From: Pseudomonadota bacterium
GTDB taxonomy: Bacteria > Campylobacterota > Campylobacteria > Campylobacterales > Sulfurimonadaceae
Direction of reading: 5' to 3'
DNA: 64,000 bases
NCBI GenBank assembly: GCA_043797085.1
Contig: JAZDQA010000013.1
Coordinates: 1-64,000 of the forward strand
Shown here: positions 9,283 through 17,798 of the stretch, in pieces
Layout: each line of letters opens with the position of its first letter
Position numbering within the stretch: the stretch's first letter is position 1
The notes under the pieces: generated by a model
The model's input: only the letters and a program-made list of their open reading frames with translations
Database searches by the model: none
What the model was told of the DNA's origin: nothing
Program-made: the position numbers and the translations under genes

Positions 9283-10289
9283 GAAAGCTCCTCAACAAAG
9301 AGCCGTTGGATCTCAGGAACGTACGCAGCAATCCCCTCTTCAAACTCAAAACGCGGAGAATATCCTAAAACATCATGGGTGCTTTGAATATCGGCTTCGG
9401 TATGGAACTGATACCGCCCGATATAAGGGTTAGGAACATACTCACACTCCAATGATGTACCAAGTTCAGCTTGCAAAATATCCACCATCGATTGAAACGA
9501 TCGTGCTTTGCCGGTACCTACATTAAAAACACCCGACTCTTTTGGAGATGCCGCCAAAATATTTGCTTGAATGATGTCTTCGATATAAATGAAATCACGC
9601 AAAATTTTATCCGAGTCAACAAAAAGTTTCGGATTTTTAAGTGCAAGAAGCTGATGACCAAACTGTACGACCATGGATGAGGTTTTATTTTTGAAAAACT
9701 CTCTTGGACCATAAACATTAAAATAGCGTAATCCTACGATACTGATATTGGGATGTTTTTGAGCGTATCGACGTGCGGTATGATCCATCATAAGCTTCGA
9801 AAAACCGTACACGTTTTGCGGTGCTTCACACCCTACACGCTGTGGTGATGGGGCATCGCCATACGTTGCGCCCGATGAAGCGTAAATCATATTTGCACTG
9901 TGAGCTACTGCAATGTTAAGCAAATCAACAAATGCATTGACGTTGGTTTGAATCATTAAATCCTGTTCAAGTGCCGTCGTATCGGAAATCGCCGCTTCGT
10001 GATAGATATAATCAAATTTATACAAAGCAGAAAGTTTCAATATAAGCATTTTATCATTTATATCTCCGCTGATCACGTCACCGTGAAACCCGAGTAGATT
10101 TTTAAAATGACCGAAACTTTTAAGATTTCCATTCGAAAGGGTGAGATTGGAGCGAAATAGATCCAACACAACAACACGAGCTTGAGGATAATTTTCTTGA
10201 AAATAAAAAGCAAGATTGGAGCCGATAAAACCTGCTCCCCCTGTAATAAGAATGGTTTTGTTATTAAAATCAACATCACTGTAGCGCAT
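9279..10289 (-). CDS. hldD: ADP-L-glycero-D-manno-heptose 6-epimerase
   Basis: TGGAGFIGSN, YASSGATYG, YGFSK, LRYFNVYGP; adjacent to hldE. Confidence 0.93.
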   Translation of the reverse strand: MRYSDVDFNNKTILITGGAGFIGSNLAFYFQENYPQARVVVLDLFRSNLTLSNGNLKSFGHFKNLLGFHGDVISGDINDKMLILKLSALYKFDYIYHEAAISDTTALEQDLMIQTNVNAFVDLLNIAVAHSANMIYASSGATYGDAPSPQRVGCEAPQNVYGFSKLMMDHTARRYAQKHPNISIVGLRYFNVYGPREFFKNKTSSMVVQFGHQLLALKNPKLFVDSDKILRDFIYIEDIIQANILAASPKESGVFNVGTGKARSFQSMVDILQAELGTSLECEYVPNPYIGRYQFHTEADIQSTHDVLGYSPRFEFEEGIAAYVPEIQRLFVEELS

Positions 10290-10412
10290 TCGTCATCCTT
10301 GCTAATATAAGTAGCACATTGTAACAAAGCTTGCTTTAAAGGATGAAAAAGTTAGTGTGATTTAAGATTGATACCATTATAATGTTGAGGAAATTTTTAT
10401 ATGGAGAAACAA

Positions 10413-10709
10413 ATGAAAAAAATTGCTCTTGCAATGTTATTCGCTGGCGTATCAATGATGGCAGCAGACGGAAAAGCTCTTTCTGCTAAATGTGCTGCAT
10501 GTCATGGTGCTAGCTTCGAAAAAGCGGCTCTTGGTAAATCAGCAATCGTAAAAGGTCAATCAGCATCAGCTGTTGAAGCTTCTTTGAAAGGCTATAAAGC
10601 CGGTTCTTTGAACAAAGCTGGTATGGGCGCATTGATGAAAGGTCAAGTGGCAACTATGTCTGACGCTGACATCAAAGCAGTTGCAACATACATTGCAGGA
10701 ATTAAATAA
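10413..10709 (+). CDS. Monoheme cytochrome c553
   Basis: Signal peptide, CAACHG, distal Met (LMKGQ); GGAG RBS before ATG 10413. Confidence 0.92.
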   Translation: MKKIALAMLFAGVSMMAADGKALSAKCAACHGASFEKAALGKSAIVKGQSASAVEASLKGYKAGSLNKAGMGALMKGQVATMSDADIKAVATYIAGIK

Positions 10710-10717
10710 TTCCTGAT

Positions 10718-10798
10718 ACGCCAAAGGAATTTATCCCTTTGGCTACGCTAACGCTAAGTTTCCCTCAGCGGGAAGCTCGCGCGTAGTAAACCACGCTT
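10718..10798 (+). repeat. Dispersed three-hairpin REP-like element, subtype 1 (copy B)
   Basis: AC-GCCAAAGGAATTTATCCCTTTGGC-TACGCT-AACGCTAAGTTTCCCTCAGCGGGAAGCTCGCGCGTAGTAAACCACGCTT; between convergent genes. Confidence 0.9.
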
Positions 10799-10836
10799 TA
10801 TTTATCTTTCACTGCTTTTTAAATTTCTTGATTTAA

Positions 10837-11055
10837 TTATTCCGGTTTATACACTTTCTTTTTTAACTCTTCGCGTTTTTTCTGTTGATCGGCTAAATCA
10901 TTGAGTTCTGCTTCATCATCAAAATGGACTTGTGACATCATCTTTTTTTCATCATCAAACTGACCGTTTTTAATACCCCATAAAAATGCAGCTAATGCAA
11001 GCGCCCCTAAAAATAAAGAAGCCCCCAACATCATCGCTACTACCCAACTGTCCAT
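10837..11055 (-). CDS. ccoS: cbb3-type cytochrome oxidase maturation protein
   Basis: TM helix then FLWGIKNGQFDD; follows ccoI. Confidence 0.92.
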   Translation of the reverse strand: MDSWVVAMMLGASLFLGALALAAFLWGIKNGQFDDEKKMMSQVHFDDEAELNDLADQQKKREELKKKVYKPE

Positions 11056-11065
11056 AATTGACTCC

Positions 11066-13465
11066 TTATTTATACATCCAACGGCTTCGCATCGAGTTAC
11101 CCACCACGAGAAGAGAACTAAACGACATCGAAATCGCTGCCATCAACGGTATCACATACCCCATCATCGCCAGAGGAATCGTAATCGAGTTGTAGACCAA
11201 CGAAATCCCCAAATTTTGCTTGATAAGCCCATACGTACGTCTACTAATAGCAAACGCTTCTGCCAGCGACGTCAATGAATTATTTAAAAGCACTACATCA
11301 CTCACTTCGATAGCAATATCGCTTCCGCTTCCCATAGAAATACCGATGTCTGCGCGCGCTAACGCCAGTAAATCATTGACACCATCACCTGCCATGACAA
11401 CAACATGCCCCTCACTGTGAGCGTTCTCAATAAATGCTGCTTTTTGTTCAGGGCTTAAATGTGCATGAACCTCATCAATCCCAACTTCATTTGCCACACG
11501 CATCGCCGCACGCTCATGATCTCCGGTGAGCATCACAACTCGTAATCCAAATTTTTTCAATGCAGCAATCGATTCCAGTGCTTTTTCTTTCGGACCGTCA
11601 CGAAGTTCATAGGTCGCTACAAGTACCCCGTTAACTGCGTAATAAAAAAGGCTTTTATCACTTACTGATTCTGTCACTATCGAGCTGTCCTTCATTAAAA
11701 GGGCATTTCCCCCTACAATCATCATCCCCTCATGGCGAGCAACGATACCTCGTGCGGGAATTTCGTGTAAATCATCAAGAGAAATCTGTTCTAAGTGCTC
11801 ATCCCCTCGCTCTAAATATTCACAAATACCCCGACTGATTGGGTGTTTAGAAGCTTTTGCCAGTGAATAAAGAATGGAGTTATCAAATGTTTCGTGAATC
11901 GTCGCATACACGACTTCCGGACGACCTTGCGTAATCGTCCCTGTCTTATCCAGTACCACCATCGATGTTTTCGCCATCGTCTCGATTTGTGCCGCTGATT
12001 TAAACAGTATCCCTCGCTTCGCCCCAAGTGCAAGTCCTACCAAAGTTGCAACCGGAGTCGCAAGCGCAAGAGCACACGGACACGCGATAATAATCACCGA
12101 AATCCCCACCATCAAAGAGCGATCAAAACTGTGCGGCCAAAAGTACCAAAACCAAAATGTTCCGATTGCCAAAAATAAAATGGTTGAGGAAAAATGCTGT
12201 GACAAACGATTTGCCAACTGCTCGATGTTGGGCTTATGGCTCAACGCATTTTCAAGCAAGTTTACTAAATGAGAAAGGGTTGAATGGGCAAAATCTTTTG
12301 TGGCACGATAATGAAGAAGGGCATCAATGCTTGTCGTACCGCTAATAATTAAGTCGCTTGGTCGTTTAAAAATCGGTTCCGATTCTCCGGTGAGATTAGA
12401 CTCATCGAAATTTCCCTCGCCTGTGATGACTTCACCATCAATAGCCGCTCTCTCTCCGCTTCGAATTCGTATAATATCCCCGACTCTAACCTCATTAACA
12501 TTCACATCGCGAACACTATCGCCCTCAACAATGCTTACTTCTGATGGGATATGTTTACTCATCACATCCAAAGTATCCGCAGCATTTTTACGGCTCAACA
12601 CCTCTAAAAATTTTCCAAACAGTACAAAGGTGATAATCATCGCTACCGAATCAAAATAGGCTTCCCCTTTTTCAAATACGGTAATATAAATAGAGTAAAG
12701 ATACGCCAGACTCGATCCCGTGACCACGAGTAAATCCATCGTGACCGCACGATTTCGCAATCCATAATACGCCCCACGGTAAAAAACCCATCCGCTGTAA
12801 AAAAGTACCGGTGTTGCCAAAAACCACTCGGCGATATTGAGAATCGTCTTAATATCTTGCGTGATCCCTGTAAAATATCCTGCATATTGTGCAACCGCAA
12901 TCCACATCATGTTCATCGCGGCAAACGTCGCGACCGCCATACGCAGATAATACTCTTTGCGCTCTTTGTTCGCACGTACTTCTTGAAACGACGCATCATA
13001 CGGAAATGCGTTATAACCGATGGCGCGAATCATATCGATGATGGCAGAGAGATTAAGTACACTGGCATCCCATGTGATACGGGCTTTGTTGTTGGTATAG
13101 TTGATATTCGCTTCAATAACACCATCCATCTTATGGAGCGCTTTTTCATTGAGCCACACACATGCAGCACAGTGAATCCCTTCGATAACGAGAGAAACTT
13201 GAGATAACCCTTGCGAATCTTGCGTGACAAAACGCTCATGAAAAGCGGGTGTGTCAAAATTGGAACTCGCCTCAAATTGTTCTGTTGGAGGTGCTAAAGT
13301 AGTCTCTCCCATCTTGGAATAAAAACTCTCCAGCCCTTCGTCTTTAAGAAGATGAAAAATACCCCGACATCCATTACAGCAAAAGCGATACTCTCCATCA
13401 TGAATCATCACCGAATCACTAAATTCCAAATGGCAATGGTCGCATTTCACTTTAGACATATTCAA
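11066..13465 (-). CDS. ccoI: Copper-translocating P1B-type ATPase (CcoI/FixI type)
   Basis: CDHC...FCCNGC N-terminal domain, HMA GIHCAAC, TGES, CPCAL, DKTGT, GDGVND; upstream of ccoS. Confidence 0.9.
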   Translation of the reverse strand: MNMSKVKCDHCHLEFSDSVMIHDGEYRFCCNGCRGIFHLLKDEGLESFYSKMGETTLAPPTEQFEASSNFDTPAFHERFVTQDSQGLSQVSLVIEGIHCAACVWLNEKALHKMDGVIEANINYTNNKARITWDASVLNLSAIIDMIRAIGYNAFPYDASFQEVRANKERKEYYLRMAVATFAAMNMMWIAVAQYAGYFTGITQDIKTILNIAEWFLATPVLFYSGWVFYRGAYYGLRNRAVTMDLLVVTGSSLAYLYSIYITVFEKGEAYFDSVAMIITFVLFGKFLEVLSRKNAADTLDVMSKHIPSEVSIVEGDSVRDVNVNEVRVGDIIRIRSGERAAIDGEVITGEGNFDESNLTGESEPIFKRPSDLIISGTTSIDALLHYRATKDFAHSTLSHLVNLLENALSHKPNIEQLANRLSQHFSSTILFLAIGTFWFWYFWPHSFDRSLMVGISVIIIACPCALALATPVATLVGLALGAKRGILFKSAAQIETMAKTSMVVLDKTGTITQGRPEVVYATIHETFDNSILYSLAKASKHPISRGICEYLERGDEHLEQISLDDLHEIPARGIVARHEGMMIVGGNALLMKDSSIVTESVSDKSLFYYAVNGVLVATYELRDGPKEKALESIAALKKFGLRVVMLTGDHERAAMRVANEVGIDEVHAHLSPEQKAAFIENAHSEGHVVVMAGDGVNDLLALARADIGISMGSGSDIAIEVSDVVLLNNSLTSLAEAFAISRRTYGLIKQNLGISLVYNSITIPLAMMGYVIPLMAAISMSFSSLLVVGNSMRSRWMYK

Positions 13466-13931
13466 ATTTCCCGTATTCTCGATTTTTTCGTACGTAATTG
13501 TATTGTCCGTAAATCCCCTGCATCACGATATAGACTCCGCTGCATGATCGACATGCAAACCCTATCGCCATAGCAAGATTGGCTGTCGCTTCGATGGAAT
13601 TTATAGAAAAAGGGATCATTGCACCCGTAAAAACAACGGTTTTTTGCAAGGCTAATCCTGCAATAAACTCAGCACTTAAATCCATTGTATCCGTACCATG
13701 AACCACGATAATAACTTTTTCATCGCTCTTAGCTATCGTATCCGCCAATAATGATCGATCCGTATCGTCCATTTCCAAAGAGTCTTTATAAAGTATCCCC
13801 TGAACATCAATCTCTATAACCAACGATTGAAGTATTTCTTCAAGGGCAAGATTATCTGTCGGAACAAAAAGTTCTCCAGTTAGAGGATTGTATCGTTTGT
13901 TAAAAGTTCCGCCCGTATTTAGGATAAGCAT
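13452..13931 (-). CDS. Single-domain asparaginase-family protein
   Basis: NTGGT and HGTDT catalytic Thr motifs, TGAMIP; only 159 aa. Confidence 0.85.
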   Translation of the reverse strand: MLILNTGGTFNKRYNPLTGELFVPTDNLALEEILQSLVIEIDVQGILYKDSLEMDDTDRSLLADTIAKSDEKVIIVVHGTDTMDLSAEFIAGLALQKTVVFTGAMIPFSINSIEATANLAMAIGFACRSCSGVYIVMQGIYGQYNYVRKNREYGKFEYV

Positions 13932-14435
13932 TTAAACAAGCTCCCTAAGTGTCTGTATTATACGATTCGCTTTGGATTGGCTTTCATCCGTCGATAAGAG
14001 AATGTTCATCCCCACTCCTGCACGTTGTGCCGCTTCGATGTCCCGCTCATTATCACCAATCATAACCGAGTGTGCCATATCTAAATCGTACTCTTTTTGC
14101 GCACTTATAAACATTCCGGGTTCAGGTTTTCGACATTCACACACACCATCAATACTCTCATGATGCGGGCAATGATAAATATGGGTGATGGTAATTCCAA
14201 GAGTCTTAAAATGCTCCACCATCCATTGGCTCAGTTGCGCAAAATCTTCTTCACTGTAATACCCGCGCGATATTCCCGACTGGTTGGTGACGATGATGAT
14301 GAGATAGCCGCCGTCTTGATACGCACGGCATACTTCTACTATCCCCTCAACAAGTTCAAATTCTTCGATCTTATGGAGATAATTTTTCTCGACATTAACG
14401 ACGCCGTCGCGGTCTAAAAAAAGGGCTTTAGGCAT
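13932..14435 (-). CDS. gmhB: Heptose 1,7-bisphosphate phosphatase
   Basis: FLDRDGV, TNQSG, CPH...C-x-CRKP, IGD motifs. Confidence 0.95.
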   Translation of the reverse strand: MPKALFLDRDGVVNVEKNYLHKIEEFELVEGIVEVCRAYQDGGYLIIIVTNQSGISRGYYSEEDFAQLSQWMVEHFKTLGITITHIYHCPHHESIDGVCECRKPEPGMFISAQKEYDLDMAHSVMIGDNERDIEAAQRAGVGMNILLSTDESQSKANRIIQTLRELV

Positions 14436-14445
14436 TATTTTTTGA

Positions 14446-14519
14446 ACGCCGACTGGGCAAAGCCCAGCTCAGCTACGCTTGCCGCTATGGCACTGAAGAT
14501 TGCCTCCAAAGAGGCAGAA
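14446..14519 (+). repeat. Dispersed three-hairpin REP-like element, subtype 2 (copy C)
   Basis: AC-GCCGACTGGGCAAAGCCCAGCTCAGC-TACGCT-TGCCGCTATGGCACTGAAGATTGCCTCCAAAGAGGCAGAA; first stem differs in sequence but still pairs. Confidence 0.88.
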
Positions 14520-14535
14520 GCATGATAAAGTCTTA

Positions 14536-15123
14536 TCATGCCACCCCTCCACCAAATAACTCTTTTTCGATAATGTCACAAAGGATATGCCCGATGAGGA
14601 TATGAGATTCTTGAATACGAGGTGTATCGTTTGAGGGAATGATGATTGCGTAATCCGCCATCGCAGCCATTTTTCCCCCATCTCGTCCGACAAGCGCTAC
14701 CGTCATAATATCTTTGTCTTTTGCCGACTCGAAAGCGTTGATAATATTTTGAGAATTGCCCGAAGTAGAAATACCGATAAACAAATCCCCCTCTTGTCCC
14801 ATCCCCTCTAACTGACGGGAAAATACTTTGTCATACCCATAGTCATTGCCAATCGCCGTAAGATTAGACGTGTCGGTTGTCAACGCCAACGAAGGGATAG
14901 AGGGACGATCAAACCCATAACGCCCTACCAGTTCTGCTGCGATATGCTGTGCATCCGCAGCAGAACCGCCATTACCCGCCAACATGGTTTTTTTCCCTTT
15001 TCGATACACCTCAACGCACTCTTGTGCCACCGTAACGATCGTATCTAAAAGTGCTTCATTTTCTAAAATAGCTTGTTTTGTTGCCGCTGAATCGGCAATT
15101 TGTTTGATAATGTAATTCTTCAT
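14536..15123 (-). CDS. gmhA: Phosphoheptose (sedoheptulose 7-phosphate) isomerase
   Basis: GNGGSAADAQH, STSGNS, RIQESH. Confidence 0.97.
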   Translation of the reverse strand: MKNYIIKQIADSAATKQAILENEALLDTIVTVAQECVEVYRKGKKTMLAGNGGSAADAQHIAAELVGRYGFDRPSIPSLALTTDTSNLTAIGNDYGYDKVFSRQLEGMGQEGDLFIGISTSGNSQNIINAFESAKDKDIMTVALVGRDGGKMAAMADYAIIIPSNDTPRIQESHILIGHILCDIIEKELFGGGVA

Positions 15124-15138
15124 TTGTTTCCTTTATTA

Positions 15139-15220
15139 ACGCCATCGGAATAAAATCCCGTTGGCTACGCTAACGCTAAGTTTCCCTCGGCAGGAAGCCC
15201 ACGCACAGTATACCGCGCTT
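15139..15220 (+). repeat. Dispersed three-hairpin REP-like element, subtype 1 (copy D)
   Basis: AC-GCCATCGGAATAAAATCCCGTTGGC-TACGCT-AACGCTAAGTTTCCCTCGGCAGGAAGCCCACGCACAGTATACCGCGCTT. Confidence 0.9.
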
Positions 15221-15236
15221 ATATTTATACCTAATT

Positions 15237-16202
15237 TTAATACTTAATCCCCGTAACTGAACGTACTTTTTCGATAATCGGTTGCGCAATAGCACTCGCT
15301 TTTAACGCACCGTTTTTTAAAATCTCTCTCACTTCATCTTGATTCGCTTCATAATATGAACGCTTCTCACGATAAGGACGGAAATACTCCCACAATACTT
15401 CAGCAAGATAAAGCTTGAAATGTCCATGCCCTTCACCGCCGCGCGTATAACGATCTTGCAACGCGACACGTTCATTATCATCCAAAAAGAGTTTGACAAT
15501 ATTATAAACATTGCAATTCTCAAACTCTTTGGGCTCTTCCACCCCGATCACTTCGGTCACAATCTTTTTGACGGTTTTGAGCTGCGATTTCTCTTCACCA
15601 AAAATAGTGATGGTATTGCCATAACTCTTTGACATCTTTTGCCCATCCGTTCCGGGGACAGTAGCCACGTTTTCATCGACTCGAAATTCAGGAATGGTGA
15701 AAATATCACCATACTGGTTGTTAAATTTAGTCGCAATATCCCGCGCGATCTCAACGTGCTGAATCTGATCTTTTCCCACAGGAACGACTTGCGAGCCAAA
15801 AAGCAAAATATCCGCCGCCATCAATACAGGATACGAAAAAAGGCTGTGATTGGAAGCAATTCCGCGAGCAGTTTTATCTTTGTAACTGTGTGCACGTTCG
15901 AGTAATCCCATCGGCGTAAATCCTGAGAGCACCCAATAAAGTTCTAAAACCTCTTTTACATCCGATTGCACCCAAAAGGTACTTTTAGCAGGGTCCATCC
16001 CCAAAGACAAAAAGTCCGTAGCCGCTTGCATCGTAAGATGACTCAAACGCCCGCCGTCACTGAGTGAGGACATCGCATGATAATTAGCAATAAACGCAAA
16101 TACTTCATGCTCGCCTTGCGATTGGATCATGGGAAGGATGGAGCCAAAATAATTTCCGATATGCAAATCGCCTGATGGCTGAATTCCTGTTAAAACGCGC
16201 AC
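15237..16202 (-). CDS. trpS: Tryptophanyl-tRNA synthetase
   Basis: TGIQPSGDLHIGNY, YPVLMAADIL, VPVGKDQ, KMSKS. Confidence 0.97.
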   Translation of the reverse strand: MRVLTGIQPSGDLHIGNYFGSILPMIQSQGEHEVFAFIANYHAMSSLSDGGRLSHLTMQAATDFLSLGMDPAKSTFWVQSDVKEVLELYWVLSGFTPMGLLERAHSYKDKTARGIASNHSLFSYPVLMAADILLFGSQVVPVGKDQIQHVEIARDIATKFNNQYGDIFTIPEFRVDENVATVPGTDGQKMSKSYGNTITIFGEEKSQLKTVKKIVTEVIGVEEPKEFENCNVYNIVKLFLDDNERVALQDRYTRGGEGHGHFKLYLAEVLWEYFRPYREKRSYYEANQDEVREILKNGALKASAIAQPIIEKVRSVTGIKY

Positions 16203-16306
16203 TGTAACTCCTTGAATAAGGATAATTCTACCAAATAGTGACTTAAGCTTCCTCTTAAGAAAAAGTGTGCTAAATTACTATCATATCAATTGTAAAAGGA
16301 TTTACC

Positions 16307-16648
16307 ATGAATGTTCAAATTCACTCCAAAGAGATTACCCTCACTCCTCACTTAAACGATCATATTGCCGCAGCCATTGAAAATTTCCGACGTTACCACC
16401 TCGACATTACGACCGTTAATGTAAACATCAAAAAAGAAAAACAAAGCGTTGAAGTAGAGTTTGACATCCACATCGCTCACGCGCAACCGGTTATTATCAC
16501 CGACAGTGACACACAAATTGATGCTGCCATTGACTTAGCCATTGATCGCGCGAACAAAGCATTAGGACGATTGCACGATAAAATGAAAGATCATCACGCC
16601 ACTTCACTTCGCGATATTGAAGTACCAGAAGAAGAGACTGTTGAATAG
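16307..16648 (+). CDS. hpf: Ribosome hibernation promoting factor (RaiA/HPF family)
   Basis: MNVQIHSKEITLT...AAIDLAIDRA pattern of the S30AE fold. Confidence 0.8.
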   Translation: MNVQIHSKEITLTPHLNDHIAAAIENFRRYHLDITTVNVNIKKEKQSVEVEFDIHIAHAQPVIITDSDTQIDAAIDLAIDRANKALGRLHDKMKDHHATSLRDIEVPEEETVE

Positions 16649-16649
16649 A

Positions 16650-16725
16650 ACGCCTAAAGAATGCATCCTTTAGGCTACGCTCGCCGCTATGGCACTAAAG
16701 CTTGTCCCTTGAAGGGACATTTTTT
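16650..16725 (+). repeat. Dispersed three-hairpin REP-like element, subtype 2 (copy E)
   Basis: AC-GCCTAAAGAATGCATCCTTTAGGC-TACGCT-CGCCGCTATGGCACTAAAGCTTGTCCCTTGAAGGGACATTTTTT. Confidence 0.9.
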
Positions 16726-16734
16726 GAGGTTCTC

Positions 16735-17166
16735 ATGAAGAAAATTAACGTTGTATGCCCCCATTGCAGGGGCGTGAATGCAATCCCCATCAAAGAGTCT
16801 TACGCAAAAGCTGCTTGCGGTCACTGTAAAGGCTCTTTACTTGACACCAAACCGCTCTCTGTTGATATAGCTTCGTTTGATCGACTGATGCTGAACGATG
16901 AACGTTTGATTATTGCCGATTTTTGGGCACCATGGTGCGGACCGTGTAAAAGTATGGCTCCCTCGTTCGAAGAAGCAGCACGAAGTTTCCCACTCAAAGC
17001 TCAATTTATTAAGATTAATACCGAAGAGGTTCAACAACTAGGCTCACGTTTTGGTATCCGCTCCATTCCCACCGTTATCGCCTTTAAAAACAACCGAATC
17101 GTTGATCAGTTTAGCGGTGCACTCCCAGCCTCCCAAATCATTGCTTGGGTGCGTAAACATCTTTAA
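16735..17166 (+). CDS. trxC: Thioredoxin 2 (Zn-finger thioredoxin)
   Basis: CPHC...CGHC zinc finger and WCGPC; start at ATG 16735 after GAGG. Confidence 0.93.
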   Translation: MKKINVVCPHCRGVNAIPIKESYAKAACGHCKGSLLDTKPLSVDIASFDRLMLNDERLIIADFWAPWCGPCKSMAPSFEEAARSFPLKAQFIKINTEEVQQLGSRFGIRSIPTVIAFKNNRIVDQFSGALPASQIIAWVRKHL

Positions 17167-17243
17167 AACCACCCTCTTTTCTTTACCACAGCCTAATTCT
17201 TTTTTCGCTACTCTTCGCTACTTTACTATATAGGATATAACTC

Positions 17244-17687
17244 ATGTACAACTGGATGCTTTGGTTTCATATTATTTCAATGGTGTCGTGGTTTGCGGTA
17301 CTCTTTTATCTTCCCCGTCTGTTTGTTTATCACGTTGAAAACAATCAAAACAACGGATTTTTAGAAGTCGTTGAAGTAATGGAGATGAAGATTTATAAAT
17401 ACATCGGCGTTCCCGCATTTTGGGCAACGTTGTTATCAGGTATCGCATTGATTGCAATGTCTACCGCCCATTATGGAATGAATGTATTTCAAATGGGAGG
17501 ATGGATGCACGCTAAAATGACGCTCGTAACTATTTTGATCGCCTATTTTTTCTCACTCGGACACTACCGTCTGAAACTAAAAGAAAATACTGCTTATAAA
17601 AGTGGGAAGTTTTTTAGAATGTATAACGAAGTACCGACGCTTTTACTCATCGGCATAGTTGCCCTGGTGATTGTAAAACCGTTTTGA
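17244..17687 (+). CDS. hemJ: Protoporphyrinogen IX oxidase
   Basis: HIISMVSWFAVLFYLPRLFVYH, NEVPT, IVKPF. Confidence 0.93.
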   Translation: MYNWMLWFHIISMVSWFAVLFYLPRLFVYHVENNQNNGFLEVVEVMEMKIYKYIGVPAFWATLLSGIALIAMSTAHYGMNVFQMGGWMHAKMTLVTILIAYFFSLGHYRLKLKENTAYKSGKFFRMYNEVPTLLLIGIVALVIVKPF

Positions 17688-17696
17688 TTTTTTAAT

Positions 17697-17789
17697 ACAC
17701 CATGGGAATTAAATCCCCCTGGCTACGCTAACACTGAGTTTACCCGCAGGGGGCACAATGTCCTTCGGCAGGAAAGCCCAACTACGTTT
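17697..17789 (+). repeat. Dispersed three-hairpin REP-like element, subtype 1 (copy F), with a 20 bp internal insertion
   Basis: AC-ACCATGGGAATTAAATCCCCCTGGC-TACGCT-AACACTGAGTT[TACCCGCAGGGGGCACAATG]TCCTTCGGCAGGAAAGCCCA. Confidence 0.85.
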
Positions 17790-17798
17790 ATTGATGAT

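Noticed and set aside
10718..10798. Repeats as plain Rho-independent terminators or tRNAs
   Set aside because: They occur inside operons, between divergent genes and within a CDS; most lack a U tract; no TTC T-loop or CCA end.
14469..14693. 74 aa ORF, and the N-terminal extension of trxC from 16702
   Set aside because: The first is out of frame with gmhA and ends in repeat copy C; the second starts inside repeat copy E, upstream of the real RBS.
16203..16306. T-box or attenuator upstream of trpS
   Set aside because: Short divergent promoter region with no T-box motif or Trp-rich leader peptide.
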